Below, in pieces: positions 1 through 11,105 of a stretch of DNA of 64,000 nt. The position numbers and the translations under genes were made by a program. Below the pieces are notes generated by a model. That model did no database searches. It was not told the DNA's origin and saw only the letters and a program-made list of their open reading frames with translations. Position 1 is the first letter of the stretch; each line of letters opens with the position of its first letter. Source of the stretch: Nioella aestuarii (lineage in GTDB: Bacteria; Pseudomonadota; Alphaproteobacteria; Rhodobacterales; Rhodobacteraceae); the NCBI RefSeq assembly GCF_050896395.1, contig NZ_JBPBBA010000015.1, forward strand, positions 10,104-74,103, given 5' to 3'.

Positions 1-3000
1 GTCTACTTCTCCGGGCAGCTCCGGGCTTAGCAGACACAGGCTGACGGGCCCCCGGCCCTTCAGCTTCGCCTCTCCCTTTGCGCGCTCCAACAGGCCCGCC
101 ACGGCGGGGATGGCCACGTCTTCCTCGATGAAAATCCGCAAACCCGATCCGCCCGCATCAGCCACCACACCATCCACGGGCTGCACGGTGCGGGCCAGCA
201 GTTTCAGCTGTTCCCCCTCATAAGTCGCATCCGCCGTGATCACCACGTTGGAGCCGCTGTCCAGAAACTCACGGCTTGCCTCCAGCACCTCGGAGAACAT
301 GGTGACTTCGTAAAGCCCCGTCGGGTCCGACAGCTGCACAAAGGCAAAGCGGTTGCCGCGCTGGCTTTTGCGTTCCTGCCGGGAGGACACGGACCCCGCC
401 ATCTTCGCCACAAAGGCCCCGCCCTGAACCTTCTGCTCCACCTCTTCCAGCGTCATGCATTTCTTGCGTTTCAGCGCCGGCATATAGTCGTCCAGCGGAT
501 GACCGGACAGGTAGAACCCGATGGCCTTATGCTCCTCCGCCAGCCGCTCATTTGGCAGCCAGTCGGCGGGGTTGGGCAGGCGCGGTTCGGGCAGGTCATC
601 ACCCGCCTCACCAAAGAGCGATACCTGGTTGGAACTGCGCTGTTCGTGGATGGCGGCGGAGTAACCCACCAGCGCATCCAGACTTTCAAAGACCCGGCGG
701 CGGTTGCGGTCAAGTTCGTCAAATGCCCCTGCACGCGCCAGCATTTCCAACGGACGCTTGCCGACGCGTTTCAGATCCACCCGGCGGGCGAAGTCGAAGA
801 GCGTCGCAAAGGGCTGCCCTGAACGACCTTCTTCGATCAGCCGCATCGCCTCGACGCCGACATTCTTGAGGCCACCGAGCGCATAGACCACCCTGCCTTT
901 ATCAACGGTAAAGGTCGCGGCAGACCGGTTCACGCAAGGCGGAATGGTCTCCAGTCCCAGCCGGTCCACCTCCTGCTTGTAGACATTCAGCTTGTCGGTC
1001 AGGTGGATATCGCAGTTCATGACGGCGGCCATGAATTCCACTGTGTGGTTCGCCTTCAGCCACGCCGTCTGGTAGCTAACCACCGCATAGGCCGCCGCGT
1101 GAGATTTGTTGAAGCCGTAATTCGCGAACTTCTCCAGAAGGTCGAAGACCTCGGACGCCTTCTTTTTGTCGACGCCGTTTTCCATCGCCCCTTTTTCGAA
1201 TTTGGGGCGTTCCTTGGCCATCTCCTCGGCAATCTTCTTGCCCATGGCGCGGCGCAAGAGGTCGGCACCGCCGAGGCTGTAGCCCGCCATGACCTGCGCG
1301 ATCTGCATCACCTGTTCCTGGTAGACGATGATGCCTTGGGTTTCCTCAAGGATATGGTCGATCAGCGGATGGACGGATTCGCGTTCCTTCAGCCCGTTCT
1401 TGACCTCACAATAGGTCGGGATGTTTTCCATCGGACCAGGACGGTAAAGCGCCACAAGCGCCACGATATCCTCGATGCAGGTAGGTTTCATGCGCCGAAG
1501 TGCATCCATCATGCCCGAGCTTTCCACCTGGAACACCGCGACAGTCTTGGCACTGGCGTAGAGCTGATAGGTCGCCTCGTCATCCAGCGGAATGGCGTTG
1601 ATCTGGTTTTCTGCCCCGGCGGGCGGGTCGTAAAGCTGTGTGCCGTCCGGCCCGATATGCAGGTCACGCCCCTGCCCGTGGATCAGGTCGATAGCGTTCT
1701 GCACGACGGTCAGGGTCTTCAGACCCAGAAAGTCGAATTTCACCAGCCCGGCTGGCTCCACCCATTTCATGTTGAATTGGGTTGCGGGCATGTCGGATCG
1801 CGGATCCTGGTAGAGTGGCACCAGCTCATCCAGCGGCCTGTCCCCGATCACGACGCCCGCCGCGTGGGTCGATGCGTTGCGCAAAAGCCCCTCGACCTGC
1901 TGACCGTAATCCAGCAGCCGCTTCACGACCTCCTCTTCCCGCGCGGCGTCGCGCAGGCGGGGTTCATCGGCCAGTGCTTTTTCGATCGAGACGGGCTTCA
2001 CGCCCTCGACCGGGATCATCTTGGACAGCCGATCCACCTGCATGAATGGCATTTGCAGCACCCGACCAACATCGCGCACGGCGGCCTTGGACAGCAGCGC
2101 GCCGAAGGTGATGATCTGCCCCACCTTGTCGCGCCCGTATTTCTCCTGCACGTAACGGATCACCTCTTCGCGGCGGTCCATGCAGAAGTCGATATCGAAG
2201 TCGGGCATGGAAACCCGCTCGGGGTTCAGGAAGCGTTCGAAGAGCAGCGAATAGCGCAACGGATCAAGGTCGGTGATGGTCAGCGCATAGGCCACCAGAG
2301 ACCCGGCGCCGGACCCCCGCCCCGGACCCACAGGAATGCTGTGTTCCTTGGCCCAGTGGATGAAGTCGGCCACGATCAGGAAGTAGCCCGGAAAGCCCAT
2401 GCCTTCGATGATATCCAGCTCGAAATCGAGCCGCTTCTGGTATTCCTCCGGGCTGACCGCATGGGGGATCACGGCCAGACGCGCCTGGAGACCTTCATTG
2501 GCCTGACGGCGCAGCTCGCTCACCTCGTCATCGGCGAACTTGGGCAGGATCGGCGGGTGCGTCCGCGCGCGGAAGGCGCAGCGCTTGGCGATCTCGATGG
2601 TGTTTTCCAACGCCTCGGGAAGGTCAGCGAACAGTGTCGCCATTTCCTCGGGCGTCTTGAAATAGTGCTGCGGGGTCAGGCGGCGGCGCGGTTCCTGCTG
2701 ATCGACATAGGCCCCTTCCGCGATACAGATCAGCGCGTCATGCGCCTCGTACATGCTGGATTTGGGGAAATAGACATCGTTGGTGGCAACCAGCGGCAGG
2801 TCCATCGCATAGGCCATTTCCACATGGCCCTGTTCTGACAGGCGCTCCGCCTCGGGCAAGCCGCCTTCGCCGGGGTGGCGCTGCAGCTCAACATAAAGCC
2901 GGTCGCCATAGATGCCCTTCATCCGCGCCATCAGCGCCTCGGCCTTGGGCCGCTGGCCGTTGCGCAGGAAGCGCCCGATTGGGCCATCGGGGCCACCAGT

Positions 3001-3408
3001 CAGGCAGATCAGGCCATCGGAGTGGGCGGCAAGCTCCTCCAACGTCACGTGGGGCAAGCTGCCATCGCCACGCAGGTAGAGACAGGAGTTGAGCTTCATA
3101 AGATGCTCATAGCCCGTCCGGTTCTGGGCCAGCAGCACCACGGGCGCAGATGGGCGCGGTTTCTCACCCGGCTGCGGCGGGTCGTAATCAAGGCTGAGCT
3201 GACAACCGATAATTGGTTGCACCCCGGCGCCCGCCGCCAGCTCCGAAAATTGCAGGGCCGAGAACATGTTGTTGGTCTCGGTCACTGCAACGGCGGGCAT
3301 CCCGGCGCCTGCGCACATACCGGCCAGCTTCTTAACCGGAACGGCCCCTTCCAGTAGGGAATATTCGGTGTGAAGGCGGAGATGAATGAATCGGGGGGCG
3401 CTGCTCAT
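1..3408 (-). CDS. dnaE: DNA polymerase III alpha subunit. The N-terminus is at 3408; the C-terminus runs off the window start.
   Basis: Reverse-strand translation from the ATG at 3408..3406 gives a continuous frame of more than 1130 aa (MSSAPRFIHLRLHTEYSLLEGA...) with conserved PolIII-alpha blocks (GFPGYFLIVADFI, FDFLGLKTLT, YGFNKSHAAAY). It is absent from the ORF track because it has no stop inside the window. The plus-strand ORF 1003..2838 is its antisense shadow. Confidence 0.9.
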   Translation of the reverse strand, partial: MSSAPRFIHLRLHTEYSLLEGAVPVKKLAGMCAGAGMPAVAVTETNNMFSALQFSELAAGAGVQPIIGCQLSLDYDPPQPGEKPRPSAPVVLLAQNRTGYEHLMKLNSCLYLRGDGSLPHVTLEELAAHSDGLICLTGGPDGPIGRFLRNGQRPKAEALMARMKGIYGDRLYVELQRHPGEGGLPEAERLSEQGHVEMAYAMDLPLVATNDVYFPKSSMYEAHDALICIAEGAYVDQQEPRRRLTPQHYFKTPEEMATLFADLPEALENTIEIAKRCAFRARTHPPILPKFADDEVSELRRQANEGLQARLAVIPHAVSPEEYQKRLDFELDIIEGMGFPGYFLIVADFIHWAKEHSIPVGPGRGSGAGSLVAYALTITDLDPLRYSLLFERFLNPERVSMPDFDIDFCMDRREEVIRYVQEKYGRDKVGQIITFGALLSKAAVRDVGRVLQMPFMQVDRLSKMIPVEGVKPVSIEKALADEPRLRDAAREEEVVKRLLDYGQQVEGLLRNASTHAAGVVIGDRPLDELVPLYQDPRSDMPATQFNMKWVEPAGLVKFDFLGLKTLTVVQNAIDLIHGQGRDLHIGPDGTQLYDPPAGAENQINAIPLDDEATYQLYASAKTVAVFQVESSGMMDALRRMKPTCIEDIVALVALYRPGPMENIPTYCEVKNGLKERESVHPLIDHILEETQGIIVYQEQVMQIAQVMAGYSLGGADLLRRAMGKKIAEEMAKERPKFEKGAMENGVDKKKASEVFDLLEKFANYGFNKSHAAAYAVVSYQTAWLKANHTVEFMAAVMNCDIHLTDKLNVYKQEVDRLGLETIPPCVNRSAATFTVDKGRVVYALGGLKNVGVEAMRLIEEGRSGQPFATLFDFARRVDLKRVGKRPLEMLARAGAFDELDRNRRRVFESLDALVGYSAAIHEQRSSNQVSLFGEAGDDLPEPRLPNPADWLPNERLAEEHKAIGFYLSGHPLDDYMPALKRKKCMTLEEVEQKVQGGAFVAKMAGSVSSRQERKSQRGNRFAFVQLSDPTGLYEVTMFSEVLEASREFLDSGSNVVITADATYEGEQLKLLARTVQPVDGVVADAGGSGLRIFIEEDVAIPAVAGLLERAKGEAKLKGRGPVSLCLLSPELPGEVD

Positions 3409-3539
3409 GGTAGGACTGTATCGTGCCAATCTTGCGGAGGGAATTGAGCTTGGCTTCCTAGATGCAGATTTCCGTCAGCCATCAATCGTCCGGTTTTTTG
3501 GGGTCATTCTAGGAACAGATACCGATTTGCCCCCACAAG

Positions 3540-3556
3540 GTTTCCAGCCTGGAAAC
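3540..3556. promoter_or_regulatory. 17-bp inverted repeat GTTTCCAGCCTGGAAAC in the dnaE / hydrolase intergenic region. Possible operator.
   Basis: Perfect 8-bp arms around a single central base, located between the divergent dnaE start and the downstream hydrolase ORF. Confidence 0.2.
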
Positions 3557-3572
3557 ATTAACATCTTCAAAC

Positions 3573-4544
3573 TTGCCTTGGCGCAACCAGGGTGCTCTGC
3601 TGCTTGGAATGATGACCCGTGGCTCTGAACATCCGGTGGAAGTTCACGCATTCGCCTCTGCCGCTTTGGAGAGCGTGCAAGGGCCTTCTGCCCCTGTGCC
3701 GGACGTTCCCGGCCCAGACAGCTTACGTCGGCGCGTCCTGCATCTAGCCGCCGGACTTTTCCCGCGACTGACCGCACGGCTGCTTGCCCGCCGTTTCCTG
3801 AGCTCCACCTCCTTCGTGGACCGCGCGAAAATTGCCGCCTCGCCAGATATCACTTTGGTCGAACTTGGCACCGGAGGGGCAGTGCTGCGCCACGCAGCTC
3901 CAGACCCGACGCGGCCGTATGCACGGGTTCTGCTCGCCCATGGACATGACGGTCATCCAAGGCAATTCGCGCGCATCCTGAAGGCGCTGCGAGTTCGCAA
4001 TGCAGCGGTCGATGTCCTGGTGTTGCCCGGTCATCTGGATCAGCAGCCGGAAATCTGTGGAGTTGACCGTATCGTCGGCGCCATCGGCGCCGCTTTGGAT
4101 CTGTTTGGCCCTTATGATTCTGTGGCCACCCACTGCGTCAGCGGCAACGGGTTGCTACACTGTCTCGATGAGGGGCGCGACGTGGGCAGCGTGGCATTGA
4201 TTTCCGCCTCGCTCGACCTGCCGCACCTGGTCCGCACAAGCGGGGTTCAATATGGGCTGAAGGGAAAGACGCTGGACCATTTCATCGCGTCGGTCGGCTC
4301 GCTTGGCGCACCGTATCCGCTGAATACGCCGTGGCACCACATTGCGACCAGACGCGGTGAACCGCTGATGGTGATCCACGCTAAGGCAGATTGGGCCGCA
4401 CCGGTTGAGAATGCCGAAGAGCTTGGCAAGCTCTGGCCGAACGCGGATATCCGTATCTTCGACCGGGGCGATCACAACACGATTCTCTCCGTCAGCCCCG
4501 CCGTCACGGCAGTTGCAGAGTTCCTCTCAATGATTCCGCTGTGA
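3573..4544 (+). CDS. Alpha/beta-hydrolase-fold protein. The start is uncertain: the track ORF begins with TTG at 3573, and an ATG pair sits near 3609.
   Basis: A 323-aa ORF with hydrolase-like composition (HGHDGHP, VSGNG, GDHN blocks). No family assigned. Confidence 0.45.
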   Translation: MPWRNQGALLLGMMTRGSEHPVEVHAFASAALESVQGPSAPVPDVPGPDSLRRRVLHLAAGLFPRLTARLLARRFLSSTSFVDRAKIAASPDITLVELGTGGAVLRHAAPDPTRPYARVLLAHGHDGHPRQFARILKALRVRNAAVDVLVLPGHLDQQPEICGVDRIVGAIGAALDLFGPYDSVATHCVSGNGLLHCLDEGRDVGSVALISASLDLPHLVRTSGVQYGLKGKTLDHFIASVGSLGAPYPLNTPWHHIATRRGEPLMVIHAKADWAAPVENAEELGKLWPNADIRIFDRGDHNTILSVSPAVTAVAEFLSMIPL

Positions 4545-4774
4545 CCTTCCTGTTGTCAAAGCGTTCAATTTTCACCCACATCCCGTGAATAGAACGCATT
4601 ATTGTGCATTTCTTGAAAGTCCTTTCGCCCGCATCAGTGCCGCATCGCTTGCCACAGAGAGAAAAAGCCGCTTTCCTGAGGACGCAACAGGGAAGGCGCA
4701 ATGGCTTTACGTCGCATCGGGCCAGCGCAGATGAGGGCAACGTCCCTCCGACCAGACCGCGACAAGAGATTTGA

Positions 4775-6154
4775 ATGACAGACGAGGTTGTTTTCCTCCT
4801 CAATGGCGCGCCGGTCCGGGTCTCGGATCAGCCGTCTACCCGGACATTGTTGGATTGGCTGCGCGAGACACAGGGCCTTACCGGAACCAAGGAAGGCTGC
4901 AATGAGGGCGATTGTGGTGCCTGCACCGTGGTTGTCACCGACGCGGACGGGTCCAAGGCCGTCAACGGCTGCATCCTGTTTCTGCCGCAGCTGAACGGCA
5001 AGGCAGTGCGCACGGTCGAGGGCATTTCCGGCCCCGACGGTCAGATGCACCCGGTTCAGACCGCGATGGTGGAGCATCACGGATCGCAATGCGGGTTCTG
5101 CACGCCCGGCATCGTGGCCACTCTGGCAGCGGCCCACACCAATGAAGACACTAAATTCGATGATGTGCTGGCAGGGAACCTCTGCCGCTGCACAGGCTAC
5201 GCCCCGATCATACGGGCCGCGGAGGCTGCTGCGTCCCAACCGGTGCCGGACTGGATGCAGACCGACCGCGCGGCGGTGGCCTCTCTCGAAGCCGCCCCGC
5301 TTACCTTTGCGCCGTCAAGCAGCGATGAACTGGCCGCATGGTTCGAAGCCAACCCCGATGCCACGCTCATCGCCGGGGCTACGGATGTGGGGCTCTGGTT
5401 CACAAAGATGCTGCGTGATCTTGCGCCAGTGGCTTTTCTCGGCGGGTGCGCGGATCTGAAAACCATCTCGGAAGATGCGTCCGGGATGCGTGTGGGCGCG
5501 ATGGTGTCTCTCACGGATCTTCATGCTGCCATTGCATCTCGCCATCCCTCGTTTGCCGAAATGCTGCGCCGGTTTGCCTCTACGCAAGTCAGGAACGCCG
5601 CCACCATCGGCGGCAACATCGCCAATGGGTCGCCCATTGGGGACGCGCCCCCCGCGCTGATCGCGCTTGGAGCGGAGCTTCATCTGCGCAAGGGCGACAC
5701 CCGCCGCACGATCGCGCTGGAAGAATTCTTCATTGATTACGGCAAGCAGGACCGCGCGCCTGGCGAATTCGTGGAAGGCATCACCATCCCGACCCAGCCC
5801 GACCGGCTGCGCTGTTACAAGCTGTCCAAGCGCTTCGATCAGGATATTTCCGCTGTCTGTGGCTGCCTGTCGGTGACTGTGAAAAACGGCACCGTGACCG
5901 ACGCAAAACTGGCTTATGGCGGCATGGCGGGCATCCCCAAGCGGGCATCGAATGCCGAGGCCGCGCTGGTCGGCCAGCCCTGGACGGAAGACACCGTGCG
6001 CGCCGCGATGGCCGCCTACGGGCAGGATTTCACCCCACTGACCGACATGCGCGCCTCTGCCGCCTACCGTCTGGAGACTGCTGCCAACATGCTCCTGCGC
6101 TATTTCCACGAGGATCAGGGCACCCTGTCCAATGTGCTGGAGGTGTCGGCATGA
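4775..6154 (+). CDS. xdhA: Xanthine dehydrogenase small subunit (2Fe-2S and FAD-binding)
   Basis: Two 2Fe-2S cysteine clusters ([11 protein letters not shown]; [10 protein letters not shown]; CRCTGY) followed by an FAD-binding domain. The stop overlaps the xdhB start (ATGA). Confidence 0.9.
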   Translation: MTDEVVFLLNGAPVRVSDQPSTRTLLDWLRETQGLTGTKEGCNEGDCGACTVVVTDADGSKAVNGCILFLPQLNGKAVRTVEGISGPDGQMHPVQTAMVEHHGSQCGFCTPGIVATLAAAHTNEDTKFDDVLAGNLCRCTGYAPIIRAAEAAASQPVPDWMQTDRAAVASLEAAPLTFAPSSSDELAAWFEANPDATLIAGATDVGLWFTKMLRDLAPVAFLGGCADLKTISEDASGMRVGAMVSLTDLHAAIASRHPSFAEMLRRFASTQVRNAATIGGNIANGSPIGDAPPALIALGAELHLRKGDTRRTIALEEFFIDYGKQDRAPGEFVEGITIPTQPDRLRCYKLSKRFDQDISAVCGCLSVTVKNGTVTDAKLAYGGMAGIPKRASNAEAALVGQPWTEDTVRAAMAAYGQDFTPLTDMRASAAYRLETAANMLLRYFHEDQGTLSNVLEVSA

Positions 6155-8559
6155 GCGTTCACAAATCCCTCCCCCATGACGCGGCACCCCTGCATGTGAC
6201 CGGTCAGGCCCGCTATGTCGATGACATCCCGGTCCCGGCCAACTGCCTGCATCTGGCTTTCGGCATGTCCGAGATTGCCCATGGCCGGATCATCTCGATG
6301 AATCTCGACGCCGTGCGCGCCGCGCCCGGTGTGGTGATGGTACTGGCCGGTGAGGATTTCGACGAGATCCCCGATTGCTCGCCCTCGGCCCACGACGAAC
6401 CGCTGCTGTCGGACGGCTCTATCCACTACCTCGGCCAACCTCTCTTCCTCGTGGCCGCGACCAGCCACCTTGCAGCCCGCAAGGCCGCGCGTCTGGCGCA
6501 GGTCGTGTACGAGGAACTGGAGCCCATCCTGACCATCGAGCAGGCGCTTGCAGCGAATGCCCGGTTCGAGGACGGCCCCCGCATCTACGAAAAGGGCGAT
6601 ATCGACGCGGCCCTGGCCCGCGCCACGCATATCATCGAAGGCCGGCTGGAAATGGGCGGGCAGGAGCATTTCTACCTCGAAGGTCAGGCCGCGCTTGTCA
6701 TGCCGCAGGAAGGCGGCGACATGGTGGTGCATTGCTCCACCCAGCATCCAAGCGAAATCCAACACAAGGTCGCCCACGCACTCCACCGCCCGATGAACGC
6801 GGTGCGGGTCGAGGTGCGGCGCATGGGTGGTGGCTTCGGCGGCAAGGAAAGCCAGGGCAACCATCTGGCCATTGCCTGCGCCATGGTCGCGGATCGCACG
6901 GGGCGCCCCGTGAAAATGCGCTATGACCGCGACGATGACATGATGATCACCGGCAAGCGGCACGACTTCCGTATCGACTACCGTGCAGGCGTTGACGCCC
7001 ATGGCAAGCTGACCGGGGTCGATTTCGTGCAGATGACCCGCTGCGGATGGGCGATGGACCTGTCCCTGCCCGTGGCAGACCGCGCCATGCTTCACGCGGA
7101 CAATGCCTATCACCTGCCCGCCGCGCGCATCACCTCGCACCGGTTGCGCACCAACACCCAAAGCGCCACCGCCTATCGCGGCTTTGGCGGACCGCAGGGG
7201 GTTCTGGGGATCGAGCGGGTGATGGACCATATCGCCCACACGCTTGGCCTCGACCCGCTGGAGGTGCGCAAGGCCAACTACTACGCCGAGATGGGCGGCA
7301 AACCGGGTGCAATTCCGGAAGCCGATGTCGAGGCCAAAGGTGCGGGCACTGCCCACAAGATCAGCTCCGGCACCGGCGGCGCAAAACGCTTCGGCGGCGC
7401 GCATTCGCCCGAACCGATGGAAGCCGGTCAGCAGACCACGCCCTATCACATGCCGGTGACGGATTTCATCCTGAACGGGCTGACCGCGAAACTGGCGAAG
7501 AGCTGCGACTACCACGCCCGCCGCGCCTCGATTGCGGATTGGAACGCCAGCCAGCCGGTGTTGAAACGTGGTATCGCCCTGACGCCAGTGAAATTCGGCA
7601 TTTCCTTCACGTTGACCCATCTCAACCAGGCAGGCGCGCTGGTGCATGTCTACAATGATGGCTCCATCCATCTGAACCACGGCGGCACGGAAATGGGCCA
7701 GGGCCTATTCCAGAAGGTCGCGCAGGTCGCCGCTGACCGCTTTGGCGTGCCGCTCGACCGGATCAAGATCACCGCGACCGATACCGGCAAGGTGCCCAAC
7801 ACGTCGGCCACTGCGGCCTCGTCGGGCTCTGACCTCAACGGTATGGCGGTGAAAGCCGCCTGCGACACGATCCGCGACCGGATGGCGGACTTCTTCGCTG
7901 AGCAGTACCAGACCAAGCCTGCACAGGTCCGGTTCGCCGATGGCATGGTCCATGTAGGCAACGAGGCAATCCCTTTCGACGAGGCCGCGAACCGCGCCTA
8001 TGTCGGTCGGGTCAGCCTGTCGGCCACGGGCTTCTACAAAACGCCAGAGGTCGCATGGGACCGCATCGCCGGGCGCGGACGGCCGTTCTTCTACTTTGCG
8101 CAAGGGGCGGCCTGTTCCGAGGTCGTCATCGACACGCTTACTGGCGAAAACCGTATCCTGCGCACCGATATCCTGCATGACGCGGGCAGCAGCCTGAACC
8201 CGGTCCTCGATATCGGTCAGGTGGAAGGGGCTTTCGTGCAGGGCGCGGGGTGGCTGACCACAGAAGAACTGGTCTGGGACGGAAAGGGACGGCTGCGCAC
8301 CCATGCGCCCTCGACCTACAAGATCCCAGCCTGTTCCGACCGTCCCCGCGTCTTCAACGTCGCGCTTTGGGATGCACCCAATCCCGAGGAGACGATCTAT
8401 CGCTCCAAGGCTGTGGGGGAACCGCCCTTCATGCACGGGATCAGCGTCTGGTCCGCCTTGGCCGAGGCCGTGGCCGCCTGCGGCCCGAACTATGCCGACC
8501 TGCAGGCCCCCGCGACCGCCGAAGAGGTGCTTTCCGCCGTGAAGAGGGCAAGGGGATGA
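6151..8559 (+). CDS. xdhB: Xanthine dehydrogenase molybdopterin-binding large subunit
   Basis: An 802-aa ORF carrying molybdopterin-dehydrogenase family motifs (GGGFGGK, QGxGQ). It is translationally coupled to xdhA and xdhC. Confidence 0.9.
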   Translation: MSVHKSLPHDAAPLHVTGQARYVDDIPVPANCLHLAFGMSEIAHGRIISMNLDAVRAAPGVVMVLAGEDFDEIPDCSPSAHDEPLLSDGSIHYLGQPLFLVAATSHLAARKAARLAQVVYEELEPILTIEQALAANARFEDGPRIYEKGDIDAALARATHIIEGRLEMGGQEHFYLEGQAALVMPQEGGDMVVHCSTQHPSEIQHKVAHALHRPMNAVRVEVRRMGGGFGGKESQGNHLAIACAMVADRTGRPVKMRYDRDDDMMITGKRHDFRIDYRAGVDAHGKLTGVDFVQMTRCGWAMDLSLPVADRAMLHADNAYHLPAARITSHRLRTNTQSATAYRGFGGPQGVLGIERVMDHIAHTLGLDPLEVRKANYYAEMGGKPGAIPEADVEAKGAGTAHKISSGTGGAKRFGGAHSPEPMEAGQQTTPYHMPVTDFILNGLTAKLAKSCDYHARRASIADWNASQPVLKRGIALTPVKFGISFTLTHLNQAGALVHVYNDGSIHLNHGGTEMGQGLFQKVAQVAADRFGVPLDRIKITATDTGKVPNTSATAASSGSDLNGMAVKAACDTIRDRMADFFAEQYQTKPAQVRFADGMVHVGNEAIPFDEAANRAYVGRVSLSATGFYKTPEVAWDRIAGRGRPFFYFAQGAACSEVVIDTLTGENRILRTDILHDAGSSLNPVLDIGQVEGAFVQGAGWLTTEELVWDGKGRLRTHAPSTYKIPACSDRPRVFNVALWDAPNPEETIYRSKAVGEPPFMHGISVWSALAEAVAACGPNYADLQAPATAEEVLSAVKRARG

Positions 8560-9527
8560 GCCTTGATCTGAACGCCCTTCGCGCCGCCGTCGCTGCGCAT
8601 GGCCGCGTTGCGCGGATCGTGATTGCAGCCTGTGCCGGTTCGGTGCCGCGCGAAACCGGTACAGCCATGCTGGTCTGGGCCGATGGCCAGTCCGGCACCA
8701 TCGGTGGTGGTGCGCTGGAGTATCAGGCGGTTGAGCGGGCGCGTCAGGCGCTGACCGGCTCGGATCGCTTCGACAAGGTGCCGCTTGGCCCCGGACTGGG
8801 CCAATGCTGTGGCGGGGCGGTTCAATTGCTGACCGAGGTTTGGGACGAGGCGCGCCTTGCAGGCGTAACTGGCGCTGTCCATGCGCGCGCCCTGCCCGGC
8901 TCCACCCACGCAATGCCGCTAAAGCTGACGGGCCATCTGCGCGCCGCACGGGCAGGTCATCGCCCGATTGAGGCACAGCTTGTTCAGGATTGGTTTGTGG
9001 AGCCGATCCGGGCCGCAACCATTCCGCTCTGGATCTGGGGGGCGGGCCATGTGGGGCGGGCGATTGTCGCCACGCTGTCCCCTCTGCCTGACTTCGCCAT
9101 CACATGGATCGACAGCGCAGCGGATCGCTTCCCCGAAGACATCCCGCAAGGCGTCACCGCCCTGCCAGCGCCTGACATGCCGGCAGCCATTCGGCTGGCC
9201 CCCGTGGACGCACATCACCTGATCCTCACCTATAGCCACGAGATCGACCTGGCGCTTTGTCATGGTGCACTGGCCCACGGTTTCCGCTTCTGCGGCCTTA
9301 TCGGATCAGCCACCAAATGGACCCGGTTTCGCAAGCGTTTGCAGCAGCTTGGCCACCAGGACGCCCGAATTTCACGCATCACCTGCCCGATCGGCAACCC
9401 GGAGCTCGGCAAACACCCGCAGGCCATTGCCGTGGGGGTCGCCGCCAGCCTAATCAGGAACGCCACCCGCGCCGACCTGCATCAAGATACAGACCGCAAT
9501 CTGCGGCTCCACTCGGGAGGGGAGTGA
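8556..9527 (+). CDS. xdhC: Xanthine dehydrogenase accessory (Mo-cofactor insertion) protein XdhC
   Basis: [12 protein letters not shown]... begins at an ATG overlapping the xdhB stop. The track ORF 8250..9527 is an upstream over-extension in the same frame. The sequence carries XdhC/CoxI family motifs (GGGALE, WIWGAGHVGRA). Confidence 0.8.
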   Translation: MSLDLNALRAAVAAHGRVARIVIAACAGSVPRETGTAMLVWADGQSGTIGGGALEYQAVERARQALTGSDRFDKVPLGPGLGQCCGGAVQLLTEVWDEARLAGVTGAVHARALPGSTHAMPLKLTGHLRAARAGHRPIEAQLVQDWFVEPIRAATIPLWIWGAGHVGRAIVATLSPLPDFAITWIDSAADRFPEDIPQGVTALPAPDMPAAIRLAPVDAHHLILTYSHEIDLALCHGALAHGFRFCGLIGSATKWTRFRKRLQQLGHQDARISRITCPIGNPELGKHPQAIAVGVAASLIRNATRADLHQDTDRNLRLHSGGE

Positions 9528-9563
9528 CATGACACATTCAGGAACAGGACCGGAGGGCGTCAC

Positions 9564-11105
9564 ATGACCGACCAACCGCTGCTATCCATCAGCAACATTA
9601 CCAAGGCCTATCCGGGTGTCGTCGCAAATAGCGACGTGTCCTTCCAGATCATGCCGGGCGAGGTTCACGCCCTGCTTGGCGAAAACGGCGCCGGGAAATC
9701 GACGCTCGTGAAAATGATCTACGGTCTGGTGCGGCCCGATAGCGGCTCGATGACCTTCCGGGGCGCAGCCTATGCACCGCCAGAGCCGCGTGTGGCGCGG
9801 TCCACCGGTGTGGCCATGGTGTTCCAGCACTTCTCGCTCTTCGAAGCGCTCAATGTGGCTGAAAACATCGCGCTCGGCATGGAAAACCCGCCGCCGCAGC
9901 GCGATCTGGCCAAGCGGATTCGTGATGTGAGCGAGGCTTATGGCCTGCCGCTTGATCCTGATCGTCTGGTCGGTGATCTTTCCGCGGGCGAACGCCAGCG
10001 GGTCGAGATCATCCGTTGCCTTCTGCAAGATCCCAAGCTTCTGATCATGGACGAACCCACCAGCGTTCTGACCCCGCAGGAAGTGGAAATCCTGTTCCAC
10101 ACCCTGCGCAAGCTGGCCGCCGAGGGCACCTCGATCCTCTATATCAGCCACAAGCTGGAAGAAATCCGGGCGCTGTGTGACGAAGCAACGATCCTGCGGC
10201 TAGGCAAGGTCGTGGGCACCTGCACGCCGCGCGACACGTCGGCGGCGGAAATGGCGGAACTGATGGTCGGCAAATCGCTGGCCACCCCGGCCCGCGACAA
10301 TGCCGATCTGGGCGATGTCATCCTGAAGGTCTCTGGCCTGTCGGTCGAACCCTCGAATCCCTTCGGCACAACGCTGCGCAATATCGGGATCGAGCTGCGC
10401 GCGGGTGAGGTTCTGGGCATTGGCGGCGTTGCCGGAAACGGCCAGGACGAGTTGCTGGCCGCGCTTTCCGGTGAAGTCACCACCGCGCCGGGGACTGTCT
10501 ATCTCAACATGCAGCCGATCGGCGACAAGGGCCCCAATGAACGGCGCGAAATGGGCATTCTCTGCGGGCCGGAAGAACGGCTTGGCCATGCCGCTGCGCC
10601 GGATATGAGCCTTGTGGAAAATGCCCTGCTAACCGCACGCCAGCGCAAAAACCTTGCAAGTAGCGGCTTCATCAACTGGGGGGCAACGCGCGCCTATGCC
10701 GAGAAGGTCATTGCCGATTTCGACGTGCGCACGCCCGGCCCGGACAATTTGGCCCGGTCTCTGTCCGGCGGGAATCTGCAGAAATTCGTAATTGGTCGGG
10801 AAATCCTGCAAGACCCAACGGTTCTGGTGGTCAACCAGCCGACCTGGGGTGTCGATGCCTCGGCTGCCGCCGATATCCGGCAAGCGATCCTTGATCTGGC
10901 CCAGAAGGGCGCAGGCGTGATCGTCATCAGCCAGGATCTCGACGAACTGCTGGAGGTGTCCGACAATTTCGCCGCCCTGAACGAGGGCCGCCTGTCGAAC
11001 GTGCGCTCCACGCGCGACCTGACCATGGAAACCATCGGGCTGATGCTGGGTGGGGCGCATGACATGCATGATCTGGACGAGGAGGCAATCCATGCTGAGG
11101 CTTGA
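9564..11105 (+). CDS. ABC transporter ATP-binding protein with duplicated ABC domains (BMP-family nucleoside/sugar importer type)
   Basis: Walker A GENGAGKST appears in the N-terminal half, followed by the signature LSGGERQ and a second ABC domain with LSGGNLQK. Confidence 0.85.
   Translation: MTDQPLLSISNITKAYPGVVANSDVSFQIMPGEVHALLGENGAGKSTLVKMIYGLVRPDSGSMTFRGAAYAPPEPRVARSTGVAMVFQHFSLFEALNVAENIALGMENPPPQRDLAKRIRDVSEAYGLPLDPDRLVGDLSAGERQRVEIIRCLLQDPKLLIMDEPTSVLTPQEVEILFHTLRKLAAEGTSILYISHKLEEIRALCDEATILRLGKVVGTCTPRDTSAAEMAELMVGKSLATPARDNADLGDVILKVSGLSVEPSNPFGTTLRNIGIELRAGEVLGIGGVAGNGQDELLAALSGEVTTAPGTVYLNMQPIGDKGPNERREMGILCGPEERLGHAAAPDMSLVENALLTARQRKNLASSGFINWGATRAYAEKVIADFDVRTPGPDNLARSLSGGNLQKFVIGREILQDPTVLVVNQPTWGVDASAAADIRQAILDLAQKGAGVIVISQDLDELLEVSDNFAALNEGRLSNVRSTRDLTMETIGLMLGGAHDMHDLDEEAIHAEA

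Noticed and set aside
1003-2838. 611-aa plus-strand ORF
   Set aside because: Antisense shadow of dnaE (minus strand). The translation is H/D/L/R-rich with no coding-like motifs. The real gene reads clearly on the opposite strand.
5315-6187. 290-aa minus-strand ORF
   Set aside because: Antisense of xdhA.
6115-7680. 521-aa minus-strand ORF
   Set aside because: Antisense of xdhB. The xdhB frame has clear family motifs and operon coupling.
8250-8555. Upstream extension of xdhC (track ORF 8250..9527)
   Set aside because: The extension overlaps 300 nt of xdhB out of frame. The ATG at 8556 overlapping the xdhB stop is the conventional coupled start.
7705-9018. 437-aa minus-strand ORF
   Set aside because: Antisense of xdhB/xdhC. 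The composition is non-coding.
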